NCBI RefSeq assembly: GCF_009914755.1 | Contig: NC_060929.1 | Reading direction: 5' to 3' (one strand) | Origin: the human T2T-CHM13v2.0 reference genome, Homo sapiens | DNA: 64,000 nucleotides | Shown here: positions 1-15,630 of the stretch, piece by piece | Numbering within the stretch: position 1 is the stretch's first letter | How the letters are laid out: the number at the start of each line of letters is the position of its first letter | The notes under the pieces: generated by a model | What the model saw: only the letters and a program-made list of their open reading frames with translations | What the model was told of the DNA's origin: nothing | Database searches by the model: none | Translations under genes and position numbers: made by a program

Positions 1-833
1 GCTATTTATTCCAAAAATTTGAAGCTGATTACGGAAAAACTGGTAGCTCTCCACTTACCTTGCAAGTGGATACTCAGCCCAACAAGATACTGGCTTATAA
101 CCATTACATAAGCAGGCTGGCCCCATCAGGGAAAAAGTTTCTATGGTGTGAGGCCGCTTTAGAAAAAATGATGCTTTTCTCCACTTTCTACTGTAGAAAA
201 ATACTTGTATTTTGTGTACATACGGAACACCTACAAAGTTTCTTCTGGGTCTGCTCCTTTGAAGAAGAAATAAAGCTCCTCCCTCTGTTAGGACTCACTG
301 TTTTTATATTGGCATGTGCTGGTATCAAGGCCTTTGGATATAACCATGAAGAAGTTCTGCATATTCTAATAAAAGTCATTAAAATAATCACTACCTAGGT
401 CTTCAATCACTGCCTTTAGAAGGGCTTTTTCTTTTATTCCTAAGAAATGTGAGCTAAATGTAGAGTCTTTCTATAAACACAACAAAGTTTACTGGCTTCT
501 TACACAGCAGGTATCAAAACACTTCAGTGCTCTGTTTTCCTTTACTCAGGAAATCACCAATAACTTTTACACACAGATGTATGATACTGAGACAATTTTT
601 TGTAACAATTAATAGAAATTTGTGTGTGTTTATGTACTGCATGTATTCTTCCCGGAAGAAAGTGCACTTCTTTGAGGAAGTAAAGTAGGTATAGGTTTCC
701 TTTAAAGGATTTCAGTTTATAATATATATATATTATTAGACAACATTTAGCCACATTGAAATCTGGAAGCCTGTTTTTTTCTGTGTAACTTCTTAGTTTT
801 CTCTTTTATTAAAATATCCCTACATCCCTTCTA

Positions 834-953
<120 letters not shown>

Positions 954-2004
954 TTAAAGTACACTTTATTTTTGCACAGATTCTAAAGCAGTTTAATTAC
1001 ACAATCTTTCAGAAACAGACTATTTTAGTCTCCATTTTCATACTGGCTAATGCTGAATGCTTACCATGTGCCAGGTCCATTCTAGGTGCTTATGGGAATT
1101 TCCTCATTTAATTTCCATATGAGTCACAAAAAACATAATTATTTCTATCATGTACCTTTTTTTAATAGCCCACCTCACTGCCTATACAGTCCTTTCATAC
1201 TTCTCCTGTCAGATCAATTTTTATGTGATCAACATGTTCAATCCCCCTTTCTACAGAACAGAAAACAGAAGCCCAGAGGTTAAGTGATTGTTCAAGGTAA
1301 CGGTTAATAACACAATAGGGTCTACTGTCTTTTTACTTTAACTCATTTAGTGTGTTTTTACTTTAACTCATTGCTTCTTTACATGGGAGCAAACTAAAGG
1401 TTTAAAGCTGAAGAGAAAATATGTACTTTGTATTTCCACATTAGCTAGACCTTCGTTCTGAGTCCAGTAATCCACTTGGCTTTGAAGTATGTAGAACACT
1501 GTAAGTTAGCACTTAGTCTCTCTCTACTCAATCAAAATATGTTTATCCATACTTTTTTTCTATCTAAAAATTTTCATTTCTCAAGATATCAATGGAATAT
1601 AAGTTGGGAACTTGAAAGAACAATCAACTATACAACAATTATGGTTTTAATAGCTATTAGAAAATCAGTATGATAGATGCAGAAAATAACAATGCAGTAT
1701 CAGCAGACTGTAAATGCACCGCTGATAAAAAAAAATCGAGTTGGTCTAAAAATAGTCTCTGATATGAAGAACTACCTTCATAAGAGATTATGACTAGTGT
1801 ATGACTAACTTCATTATTAACTGTTTTCACTCTCCTACTTCTGCATTAGGTACTATATTTTTTCAGCTTCTTATCCCCCCAAAAAACTTAAAATAGTAGC
1901 TTATACATTAATTCTTTGAACAAATTAGGAACCACTAAATTTAAACTCTCCACCAATTATCATCTCCCTACTGGCGAAAAATGTATTTTAAAAAGATACT
2001 AGCA

Positions 2005-2536
<532 letters not shown>

Positions 2537-2890
2537 TGATATATCTGAGAATCAATTCCAATAATTTCAAGTATGAGAAGAAATGCACACTGCAGTTTAA
2601 TAATAGTGAAAATCTAGAAGCACCATAAAAGTCCAGCAGGTTAAGCATATCATGCCTCATGTACTGAAAGAAACGCTATATTCCTATTAAAAATAATAAT
2701 CAGTAGAACTATGTAGCAACACAGAGAAATGTATTTGATCAAGTTAAGCAAAAAAGTAGGATCCAAAAATAAATGTGCATTTTTATGTTTATAATTAAGC
2801 AAATGGCACATATCAACAAAGACTGGAAGGGAATAAACAAAATAATATGAATGGTGTGAGATGATATGAATAAGGCTGAAATTTGTTCTC

Positions 2891-3503
2891 TGTATTAGTC
2901 ACTGTTGCCATAACATATTACCACAAACTTGGCAACTTAAAACACCTACTGCCTTACTGTTTGTAAGGTCAGAAGTCTAACACAGGCATCATCAGGCTAA
3001 AGTTAAGGTGTAGGCAGGGCTACCTTCCTTACTTGGAGGCTTTGGGGGAACAATCTGCCTCCAAGCTCATTCAGGATGCTGGCAGAATCAACTTCCTTGC
3101 AGTTGTGTGACTGAGTTCTCCATTTCTTTGCTGGTAGGTATCCCTTTTTGCTCCTAGATCCTCTCTTGCCATTTCTCATATATGGGCCCCATATCTCAGA
3201 GTGGCAACGGCACTCAAATCTTTTCCATTAGACCCTCTCTACCTTCTCTTCTCTCTTCTGCTCCCTTTCTCTGCAATTCCATGACGAACGTTTCTGTGTT
3301 CGTCTGCTGTTCATGTGATTATACTGAGCCCACCTGTACACATGTCACCTATGGATAAGCTCCACATTTTAAGGTCAGTTGATTAGTATAACTTTAACTC
3401 CCATCTACACAGTCCCTTCACAGCAGTACCCAGATTAGTATTTGACTGAATTAACAGGGAACAGAAATCCTGGGGCAACATCTTTAGAATTCTACCTAAC
3501 ACA
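2891..3503 (-). mobile_element. MLT1-type MaLR LTR
   Basis: TGTATTAGTC...TACCACAAACTTGG...CTTTAGAATTCTACCTAACACA. Confidence 0.75.
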
Positions 3504-3882
<379 letters not shown>

Positions 3883-3919
3883 TTATCTTTCTCTTACCAA
3901 GTTATGAATTCATTTATCC

Positions 3920-4212
3920 TTTTTATTTTTGAGACAGAGTCTTGCTCTGTTGCCCAGGCTGGAGTGCAGGGGCATGATCTCGGCTCACTGCAACCTTGCC
4001 TCGCAGGCACAAGCAATTCTCCTGCCTCAGCCTCCCAAATAGCTAGGACTACAGGCATGAGCTACCACGCCCAGCTAATTTTTGTATTTTTAGTAGAGAC
4101 GGGGTTTCATCGTGTTGGCCAGGCTGGTCTCGAATTCCTGACCTCAAGTGATCTGCCTGTCTTGGCCTCCCAAAGTACTGGGATTACAGGCAGGAGCCCA
4201 CCGCACCCAGCC
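3920..4212 (-). mobile_element. AluS
   Basis: Reverse Alu; TSD TATCCTTTT. Confidence 0.9.
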
Positions 4213-5383
4213 TATCCTTTTATCATCACTTCTTTTAATCCTTCTCTAGTTGGATGAGGGGCAGTATCAAAAGGCGTATTTTCCTATATGATTAAAACAT
4301 TTTTAAATCTTTTTTTTTCTCTTTTTGTTCTTGGGATTGTCTTTTTTAAAGGGTATCCTTTCAAGTTACTAATCTGCTAACAGTCCTCCATAAAAATGTG
4401 ATCCCATTTCTACTTTTGATGGAAGACAGCTCTGATACCATCTGTCAGTTCTGCATTTATACTTGCAACTGGACACCTTTGTTGAGTACCCCACCAACTT
4501 AAACAATTCTGTCAGGTGTTTTACATAGAGGCAGACATATAGTAGTGGCTCAATAAAATATCTGCTTCTGAGTGAAATAAATGAATTTATTCATCTTCTT
4601 AGAGGTGAATCAGTAAATGACATTTCTGTTTGTTCACTTCTGTTTTTAGCCTGATTAAATAAATAACTTTTCTGAAAAGCAGCAGAAATATCAATACTTA
4701 AAAGTACCATATAAGGTTAGGAGATTATGGCATGGACACTTGGAATCAAACTCAGGATCCTATTCTTCCTATCAATGAGTTCTATAGGCAAGTAACAACC
4801 TCTCTGAGCCAGTTTCTTCCATTTTTGAACTAGTAACAATAACATATTGCAAGTAATATACTTCAGGCTTCTTGTAAAGGTTAAAGGACATGTTTAGATT
4901 GTACTTAGCAAAGTGAAACAAGGCTTAATAAACAGTAACCATTCAAAATCAGTTAATTGTATTTTATCAAAAGTGAAACAGGAAGAAATGAATAGCTTTT
5001 GTTGCAATTTATCAAGGAAAGCTTTTTTAAAGTAAAAATGTTTTTCTTTTTTTTTCCAGAAAGACTGTATACTGTCATGAAAAAAGTGTTTGGATCTTAA
5101 GCACCACGGTCACAGTATAGGGAAAAGACAATGTAGTATTTTTTGCCTTCTTCTTAATCACCTGTGGACTATGAAACTGGATAAAGAAGTTTATTCTAAA
5201 GTTTATACTTTATTCTACAGTAAGAGAATTCTCCTGTTTCTTATGAAAAGCTATGATGAAGTAACTAAGAAATCAAGAAAATTACTCATTTACTAAATTG
5301 AGTTATCAGTCACACACTTAAATCCTAATGTTTTAAAAAATGATGCTCATTAGGAGGTAACATTTTCACCACTTAATTTTTCA

Positions 5384-5700
<317 letters not shown>

Positions 5701-8578
5701 TTAAAAATATTTATTAGGTACTCTTTTGCGGTTTCTGTCAATATTTGTCTGCTCTTGTGTGCTTTCCTTTGGAATTCTAGTAAGCATACCTTTTCATGAT
5801 AATTAAGAAAGTATACACACACAATTCATTGTAAATTTATCGCTGAATGCATACTCTGGGTACAGTATAAATTTCTTTCCAGGTTATCAAACAGCACCAT
5901 CTAGTGTTCCTATTTAACAGTTGCAAAACAAACTGAAAATTCTTTGTGTGGTCTGGCTGCCCATCAGAATCAATTGCCTATTTTGAAAAAACAGAGATGC
6001 CTCTTGCATCTCCCCTCCCATGCCTGTTAAAAAGCATGAGGATAGGGCCTGGAAAATTGTATTTAAAAAGAAAAACAATCCCGGTTTGACACATAGTCAG
6101 AATCAAGAACTACTGATTTGGTAAATATACTTTTGTAGAACTATAGAGTCAAACTTGTTTATGCTGTTTAACATAAGTACTTTAGATAGCACTATATCAT
6201 AAAAATTGAGGTTACTGAAGAAAAATGAAAACTGGGTAGATGAGAAAGGCAGCAAAAATGGGAGTATGTACATGGATGTAATATGTGTGTGTGTTTATGT
6301 GTAAGTATGCAGGAAGTGTGTTATTAGAAAATATAATGTATCTATAGTTATCAACTATAAGGAAGAATAATTCATTTATTTGCACGTTTGTACATGAAAA
6401 TTTATTAAGCTGACTCTTGCCTGATGACTGAGTCATATGTCACTTTAAAACTTAGTGTTTTACTATTAAGCTCATAAAACCAACTATATGTCAAGCATTG
6501 AAAGATAGTACATTTAGATATTCTTTAAAAAACGGTTATAAACTTATGGAATATAAAAGTTTGAGAGTTTAAAGAGGTTTATTTTAATCAGGGGAGTTGC
6601 TTTTCATAAAAAGCAATAAACTGTATTGTGAAATATAAAATTGCATTCAAAATTATATTTAGGTATAATAAAGGACAGCTCTTGGGCCAAAATATCACCA
6701 TACTATTAATGATGATTATGCTTCTTAAATATATTTCAAAACTGATTTGCTCATGTTCTTAACTTCTTAACTTTCTAATCCTCATTTTAAAAGTTTTTGC
6801 CCTAAGCAAACAGAATTCAAGTGAGGAATGTGGCTACTTTCTGATTTTAAAATGAACATTTATATTTTATGGATAGAGAAATAATTCCACATAAATCTCA
6901 AGAAACACAATTTCCTAGTAAGAAGACATGCCTTACACAACTCCTTAAGGATGTCAAGAAAGTAATGAAACAAGGTAAATGAAACATTCAATAGCTAAAA
7001 AAAAAATTTTAAATATACCTATTTTCCACATTTCACACATTTGTTTTAGAATTGGACCTACACCAATTAAAGAAAAGGCAGACAGGAGATATTCTTTCAC
7101 AGAGATTAGAGACTTAATAATATTTCCCTCAACAAGATAGCAAATTGAGAATTCAGAATTGCAGCTGAACTGTGAAAAGGTCTGTGGAATGGTCTACCAG
7201 ACATCTGACCTGGGAATGCTGGATATATAAATGAACATTGTAAAACCATTTTTGTCAAAATGTCTTGATCTATAATATTTCCAAAACAGATGACTTATAA
7301 TTTTTAAAATATGCAACACGCTTGACTTAGCCACATGAAACCATACTTACTTCCCCCATGTTATTTTTTAAAAAGTGAGCCATCTGAAGAATCCACTAAA
7401 AAAATGAAAGCATTAAACATTTTACCCTTTAATATTAAATCTTCTTATCTATGTTTCCAAACACTTAATCCTAATAATTTATGGGATCTATTAAGGAACA
7501 GATACTAGATTTTCCTGTAAAGCTATAAGACAGTCTCTGAGTTCCCATGAGAAAAATCTGTACCTCACAGAAAAACATGCATGGTAAACAGAGCACCTAT
7601 TGCACTGAATCAGCACATATAAGTAAAATATCCAAAGGACTAGAAAACTGCATTCTAATCTTGTCTCTAGCATTAACTAGCTGTATTACTGTGGACAAAT
7701 TATTAATCTCTTTGAACCTTAATGTCCTCATTTGTAAAATGATGGACTGTAATAGTCCTCACTCTGTTCTAAGTCTAAAATTCTCTGGTTGTGCCCTCAA
7801 AGAAGGGCACACACAATTCCCAACCTGACCCATTGTGTTTCCCGAATACTTCCCTCCTGAAGTTAATGAGAAGGACCCGATCCTCCAGTGGTCTCACCAT
7901 ACACTTATTACTAGGAAACCACTAGGGTCTTTATAATCCTGGAGTTAAGTGGAGGCCAGGGTTAATTTTAATTAAATATTCACAATGTCCTTATATGCCA
8001 AACGTGATTGTCTCCACTCATATACTTAAACAGTAAAACAACATTGAAACCTGGAGTCAGAAGTGCCAGATGTCAATCCGATTCTATCTCTTATCATTTG
8101 TGTGAGGTTTCAGACAGGTCTCTGAATCACTTTGCGTCTCAGTTTCCTCTTCTTGGGACAGGCCAATTAGGTGAAGAATAAATCTATCTGATTATGTATT
8201 TGGCAGTGCTTTGAAAATTATAAAATAGTAAATAATGTATTGCATTATTTCTTCCATTAGCAAAAATATCAGTATTTACGTATAGCTATGAACTTTTAGT
8301 TTTTATTTTTGTATGTTTTGAAGAGAGGTTAAGCTAAGTATTTTTCTAGTTTAAAACTTTAAATACAGAAACATATTTACTTATGGTAAACATTCAAACA
8401 ATTCAGATATATAGAAAAACAGTAAAGTATCTTATCTTGCCATCCCCCCACCTCTGTTCCCATCTACTTCCCCCTCCACAAAGATTTTCTATGTATCCTT
8501 TCTGAGTTTTTCCTGCACATTTATATAGATTGTTAAAGCACCTCTGTATATGTTTTAAATTTATCATTTAATCATATA

Positions 8579-9095
8579 TATTATAAGTAAAGTTTCGGTG
8601 CCACAAAAGAAATAGCACTCAAATATAAAATTTTCTTTTTTCTTCTCAGCATGGCAATTTACTTCTATAGAAGGATGTGCCCTTACAGATGGAGCAATGG
8701 TGAGCACACACTTGGACAAGGGAGGGGAAGGGGTTCTCATCCCTGACGCGGGTGGCCCCTGCTGCTGTGTTGTTCCCCTATTGGCTAGGGTTAGACCAAA
8801 CAGGCTAAACTAATTCCAACTGGCTAATTTAAAGAGAGAGACAAGGTGAGTGGTTTGGTGGGAGTCAGGGTAGATCAGAATGAGTCAGGGTGGAGCAGGT
8901 AATCGGAATGAGTCAGGGAGGAGCAGGTAATTGGAATGAGTCAGGGTGGAGCAGGTAATCAGAATGAGTCAGGGTGGGGCAGGTGATTGAAAAAGGTTGC
9001 TTTACGAGGAAGTTAAGTTTAAAAGTAGAAGGCAAAAAATTGAACATACTGACATATTGATTCTTTGAAAAGAAATTTAAAACTCATATCTAATA
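8579..9095 (-). mobile_element. Solo ERV1 LTR, LTR10 family (LTR10F/A-like), with an internal 28-bp tandem repeat
   Basis: Minus start TATTAGATATGAGTTTTAAATTTCTTTTCAAAGAATCAATATGTCAG matches the recalled LTR10 consensus; CCAAT box; TATA flanks as a possible TSD. Confidence 0.8.
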
Positions 9096-9959
9096 TATAT
9101 GACAGACAGTTTCATGTCAGTATATATATAGAGCTCTACCTTATTTACTGCATAATATTCTTTACTGGGCCATAGTTTATGTAACTTTCACTTTTGATGA
9201 ACATTTATTTTGTAACATTGTTTTGACTGAATTTCCCTGATTTCTAGTAAGGTTAATCATCTTTTTATGTATCTGTACTTCTTTTGTTAACTACTTAATA
9301 AATTTTGTCATTTTCTAAAGGACAATGTATCTTTTTCTTCTGAATCTTTAACAATTCTTTATAGTCGATGTTAATATTATACAAGCCATAATTTTCTGCA
9401 AATTCATCACTTATTTATCTTTTACTACATAAAGTATTTAAATATTTATTTAGTCAAATCTATCAAATTTTTGCTTTATAATCCCCAGGTTTTGTTTAAC
9501 ATTTCTAGATGTTATAATTCCCTAGATTTTATGTGGTATCTCAAAGTAGGACAAATACAGACCTATGAGTTGCAGAAAGCATATTCTACCAGTTTGCAAA
9601 TGCTTTATGAATTAGAAAATATTTGAAGAGCCAGATGAGGTCCTAGGCTAAATGTGAAAATATATAAAAGAGGAAGAGAAAAAAGTTGGAGAAGGGGCAG
9701 GTGATTTAATAGTCTAACAACTACTGATACACAATAAGCACTGAGAGGGAAAAGAAATAGAAGACACATTCACTTGTCTCCCTTCCAGAGGTTTGCAATT
9801 CAGGTGGAGGCAAAAATATTTTAAGTAACTTAAGCAGCAATGACTGAAGAAAAAAATTGGCAGTGGGTTTCAAACCAGTGAAGTCCATGGAGTTGACAGT
9901 TTAATGGGAAAGAAAATTCTGATGGTTCTCAAAAGGAGTGGTGAGCTGCAATTCTAACT

Positions 9960-10620
9960 CCAAAAAATGTTTAAACTTTCCCTGAAGTATAATAAACATC
10001 AGAAAAGTACTCCTATAATAATTAAAAAGCTCCATGAACTTTTTCAAAATAAACTCACCTGTATAACCAGCACTCAGCTCAAGAAAAAGTACATGACTAG
10101 CACTCCAGAAGCCTCTCCCACTTCCTTCTAGTACTCCCCAAATGCCCAGACTGGTTTGACCTATTTTTGTATTTTGTAAAAATGGAACTATATACAATGT
10201 ACTTCTTTCTCTCATAAACATGCTTGTGACACTCATTCAAATAACTGAATGTAGTTGTAGACTGTTCATTCCCATTACTGTATTATTTTCCATGGTGTGA
10301 ATATGCTAATATATCCTTTATCCATTATACTGAAGATGGGTAGTCTGTATAATTACTAGTTGTAGGCTCTTATAAAAAATACTGTTATAAACATGCTAGA
10401 ACATATCTTTTGGGGAACATGTTTTAATTTCTGCTGAGTATACACTAGAACTGTTGGGTCATAGAACATACATATGTTCAGCTTTAGTAAATATAACCAA
10501 ATAGTTTTCCAAAGCAGCTATAAAACTCCTTTAGCAGTGAATGAGAGTTCCAGTTTGCTACATTTTTGTGAACACTTGTTATTTTCCACCTTTTTAATTT
10601 TTAGCCATTCTGTTGATTAT
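9960..10620 (-). mobile_element. Old L1 3'-region fragment
   Basis: AAATGGAACTATATACAATGT, GTTCATTCCCATTACTGTATTATTTTCCAT, CAGTGAATGAGAGTTCCAGTT motifs. Confidence 0.6.
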
Positions 10621-12452
10621 GTAACAAACAAAATTATTATGGATAATATGAAACTCCAGATAATAGCAAATCTCTCACAAGATTAAATAATGAGAAGAAG
10701 TATGTAGCTTTTTAAAACAACATAGATATAATAGCGTTATAAAAAACTCATTTCACTAATAAAATGGTAGGGGGAAGTAAACACTTATTAAAGAACAGAC
10801 CAAAAAATTGCTCAATTACGGAGCCACCAAATAATCCTTAATAGTGGGGGGAAATAGAAGAAAAGACAGAAAGTAGGAAGCATGGTGAGTAAGTGACCAA
10901 TGGTCTGGAAACTATAACCTACAGCTTGAGTTCTCTCATTAAATGTTATGGTCCATCCTTTTCTATAAAGACAATAGCTATTTTATTTCAGGAGTACGAG
11001 TTTCAGTAAATTTTTAATTAAAAAATAATATAAAAATATATTTCGGCAAGAACTTAGGGAATAGCTTTCGTATGTGCCACAGTGTGTATATGATTTCCTA
11101 TCTGTACCATGTAAGATACATTTCTTTAAAAACCGGGCATGTACTTATAATTAAAAAAAAATACCAAGCACAATCTGTAATAATTCTACCATACCTCAGT
11201 CTAATAATCAACTGTTTAAAAAATCCCAGACTTTCACTTAAATTATTAAAAAACATCCGGCAAAAAGGGAAAACAACAATTGACATGTATTTTGCAAGTG
11301 ACTAGGACTAAGACGTGGCCTCGGCCACATGCTCCTGGAAAATGAGGACCATAACTTGCAACTTATCACAGCTCTTCTCTACAGGTTTAGAAGAATAGTA
11401 CTCTTAGCAGAAATTCAATAAATCCTACTCATCAACATGTTAGATCTGTAACTATTGACCAAACTTATACATGCTTTCATTGGGGCTAGCAGAAAAGTGA
11501 TTAGATATTTATATATTTAATTCTGATAGACCTAGTTCAAAATACTTAAATCATTTTTTAATAAGACTTTGTAAATAGGCATAGATTTAAAAAGTTATAT
11601 AAAAACAAACACTATGAACTTCAAGAATAAAATAGCCACAAACTATGTTCAAGATCGTCTGCCAAACAGAGAAAACCTTTCTTTCTAAGTAAAGTTTTAG
11701 CTTATTATTTCTCCAAAGTTCACTGGATGAGATTTACATATGATTACTCTAACCAACGAACCACAAAAAAAAACAAGCATGATTTTCTAGGAGTTTGTTT
11801 GTTTGATGTTTTTAAGGTTAGAATTTATAACATGTATAAGTTATATCTATCTTAGATATTTTATACTTAATAGAGTGAATAACAGAGTTTATAAAAACTT
11901 GTATATTTGCAGTTGATTACGTAATTTATGAACTCTGAGAATTCATTTAATTAATCAAAAGTTTTTAAGTGTTAAGTGTAAAAATGACTGAAGCATACAT
12001 AAGAGCTTTAAGAAACCATTAAAAATGCTAATGAAACACTGGAGGGAAAATAATCAGGAAACTGAAAGAAAACTTTTCGATGGCAAAGAGTTTTTCACTG
12101 AAAAGACAAGAATTGTTGGGAATGAAAAACAGAGTTAATGCTACAGAACTAATCAAACATAAATACTGACTATAAATAATCAACAAGTAGTCATCAAAGT
12201 GGAAGTATACAACATAGTATGGTGCCACAACTGTGAATCTCTATTAAATTCCAGATAACTCTAAATTGTTTTCTTGAGATTATGATCAGATTTGTTAAGT
12301 ACTGTATTTCAACAGAATGGCAATGCTGCATTACAACAAAATCACAGATAAATAAAATATGTTAACAGTATACAAGTACTAAGATTTTCTAGTCCAACAC
12401 ATGTTATGTCAGGTACAACCAGTCACACTAAAAATAAAATGCTAAAAACTCA

Positions 12453-12608
<156 letters not shown>

Positions 12609-13555
12609 CTATCATACCACTTAAGTCTGAAGTCTTCCTGGTCTAGAAAAATAATAAAATCATTCTAATTTTCCAATAATTTAAACAATACTTCCACCTT
12701 GCAAAAGCAAAAAATATATATATACATATTCTTGTAACTTAATACTATCAGTCAAGCCTTTTGTTTCAATTTTTCAAAAGGGGACATTTGGGGGTTAAGA
12801 AACCAATCCTACCCCATTGACACAAACAAGACCCACTGAAGCCAGAATATCACCAAACTGAAGGCTAAAGTAGATTTAAAAAAGGATTCTCTACAACTAA
12901 TCAGTACAAATAGTACAGGACTTAGAAATATGTGAAAATGTCAATTTTCACTAATTTGTCAGGATCAATTATAGCTTGTATTTAATTCTGGAGGAATATG
13001 AGAATAATGTCTTAATTCAAAGGTGTTCACAAATAACATGATTCCTTGGGAAAAGATTTATAATAAGCTTTGAGAAATATAAAACATTTAAAAAAATACA
13101 AATGTACTTACACTCTATTTTCCCAGAGAGGAGCATTCTTTGGCAGAATGAAAAACTATAGAGCAAAACCTTCCCCCTCTGAAACTGTACACTATAAATC
13201 AGAAATCTAAACCTGTGCTTTCATATAAAAATCAGTATCTTACCGATGGCTTTGAACACAAAGAATTTGTTATATATAATTCCTTTCATGTTGAGAAGCA
13301 GTCTCTAGTATAGCTTGATTGAGTACTGTTACATCATTTCCATAATCTAACAATTCATATGACTAATAGTAATAAATTAACACTTCAAATTATCTGGTCT
13401 AAAATTTTACAGCAGAGCTACCTGATGTATTCTGTAATCTTTTCAATGAAGATTCTAAGAAATAGTTAAGCCTTAATGTCCTGAGGTATCCACTGTATGT
13501 AATAAATTTACTTCTCTCCTGTGCATCTAGAATACTATTATCTAGAATAGTACTA

Positions 13556-13881
13556 CAGGTTGAGTATCCCTTATCTGAAATGCTTGGGACCAGAACTGTT
13601 TCAGATTTCAGATTTTTTTTTGATTTTAGAATATTTGCATATACATGAGATGATACCCCACTGGGACAGGACCCAAATCTAAATATGAAATTCATTTAAA
13701 TTTCATATACATCTTACACACGAAGCTTATTTTATATAATAGTTTAACAATTTTGTGCATGAAACAAAGTTAGTGTTAAGCACTTATGTGTGGAATTTTT
13801 CACTTGTGGCTTCATGTCAGTGCTCAAACCGTTTCTGATTTTGGAGTCTCTCAGATTTTTGGATTAGGGATGCTCAATCTG
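13556..13881. mobile_element. Tigger4/MER46-type DNA transposon derivative
   Basis: TIRs CAGGTTGAGTATCCCT / AGGGATGCTCAATCTG with TA on both sides. Confidence 0.85.
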
Positions 13882-15199
13882 TACCAACTTTAGGAGAGAT
13901 GAGAAAATAGTGATTTCTTCTCTTTTTTTTTTTTTTTAAGGGCAAATTATCGCTCTGATCCCTGGTGAAAAAAGACTAGCAGCATCCATTAGATAACAGG
14001 AGGAGATATCAGAAAGTAATTTAATTCCAACCAAAGCTTAAGGGCAAAAACTAAAACTACAGAGATTTGGGTGCACTTCAGAAATAAATATTTGGGAAAC
14101 ATCCTATTGAGAGACTATTACCATGTATTAGACACTGAGCTGGGACATTTCTCATATATTATCTCAATTTAATCCTAACAACACACTGAGATCTATTTGA
14201 ATTAGAGAGGTAATTTATCTAGGTAAGATCAGGATTATATTAAGGGCAGTGGAACTCCTTTATGTGGGAAGCAGTGTTGTACAGTAGTTCAAAGCTCAGA
14301 CTCTGCAGTCAAATTTCAAGTTGGCCAATTTCACTAGACTGACCACATGACTCTGGGCAGGATACCTAAACTTTTCTAATCAGCTTCCAATAATTATTTT
14401 AATCATTACTATACCTTATACAGTAATTGTGCTTACCTACTCACAATAAGCACGCAATAAATGGAAGCCATTATCCTTGGTCTTTGCCATGATTTGGAGG
14501 GACAAGAGTAACAACGACTTTAGGATCTAATCACAGTCTATAACACTACAGGCCTTTTCTATAGACTCTTGGTTGTAACCATTTTCCCCAGAGGAATGTG
14601 CTTCTCCAAACACAATAAACCTTTAGACATGGGAAAAACCTCTACATAATAGCAACAAAGTGTGAAAATCACTGCCCTTGGTGGTAATTATGTCTCATGA
14701 GAGAAGGTCCACTTTGTTTGTATGCACTCAAATATTTACTGAACTAATAAAGGACCTGCAATACTACATCTAACCCTCCCGGAGAGCTCTAACAGGGTTT
14801 TTTGGTTTTGATATAATACATAAAGTAAATGATTATATTTATAGTCAGGTACAATTAAGCATCTACTAATACAGTTTATTAAAGCGTTATTAAGGAAAAG
14901 GGCAAAAAGAAGACAGAGACAAAAGTGGAGGAAAACATGAAGGACTTGAGGTCAGACAATGGATAAAACAAAGATCTTCCTGTCAGTAAAAGCTATGTAG
15001 TAAGAGAATTTATGCAAAAGGCTATAAAAACAAGTTGGCATTTTTTTCAAAATTAAGAAATTTAGAAATGATCTAGTCCATCTCTTTGATTTTCTAACTG
15101 AAGAATATAAAGCCCAAAAAATTCAAGTAATTTACTTGAAATTTCAACACTAGACAATCAAAACTACTCAAGAAGTCTAAGTCCCAAAGTGGTATTCTC

Positions 15200-15630
15200 C
15201 ACAGGGGTGCTTCTCATTAGAATCTGCTTAAAAACTGCTCATTAGAATCTGCTTAAAAACAAACGACCAAAACACCACCAACATAACATAGAGATCAAGG
15301 TCCTACTTCACAATCAAATCTATGGGTGTAAGGTGGGGTCTGGGCCCTTTGGGTTTGTTTTTGTATTTAACTTCCCAGGTAATTTTAATGTGCAGGCAGG
15401 TTTCAGAAGCACTGTTTGAGAACAGTGGTTCTCTACTGGGAACACTGACCCTAACATAATATATCATAATCAAACATTCTTGGTTGTCACAGTGGAGGAG
15501 GGAGTTACTGGCATCAAGTGGGTAAAAGCCACGGCTGCTGCTAAATGTCTACAATGCACAGGACAGGTCCATACAACCAAGAATTATCTGGCCTAAAATG
15601 TTAATAGTGCTGAGGTTGAGAAAACCTGCT
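15200..15630. mobile_element. MER5-like and MER20-like hAT remnants
   Basis: CCCAGGTAATTTTAATGTGCAG..; CAGTGGTTCTC...AATAGTGCTGAGGTTGAGAAA. Confidence 0.6.

Noticed and set aside
7340-7360. Strong minus-strand donor GAA|GTAAGT in PGGT1B intron 2 (similar at ~13243)
   Set aside because: No convincing paired acceptor identified; isolated donor matches are common
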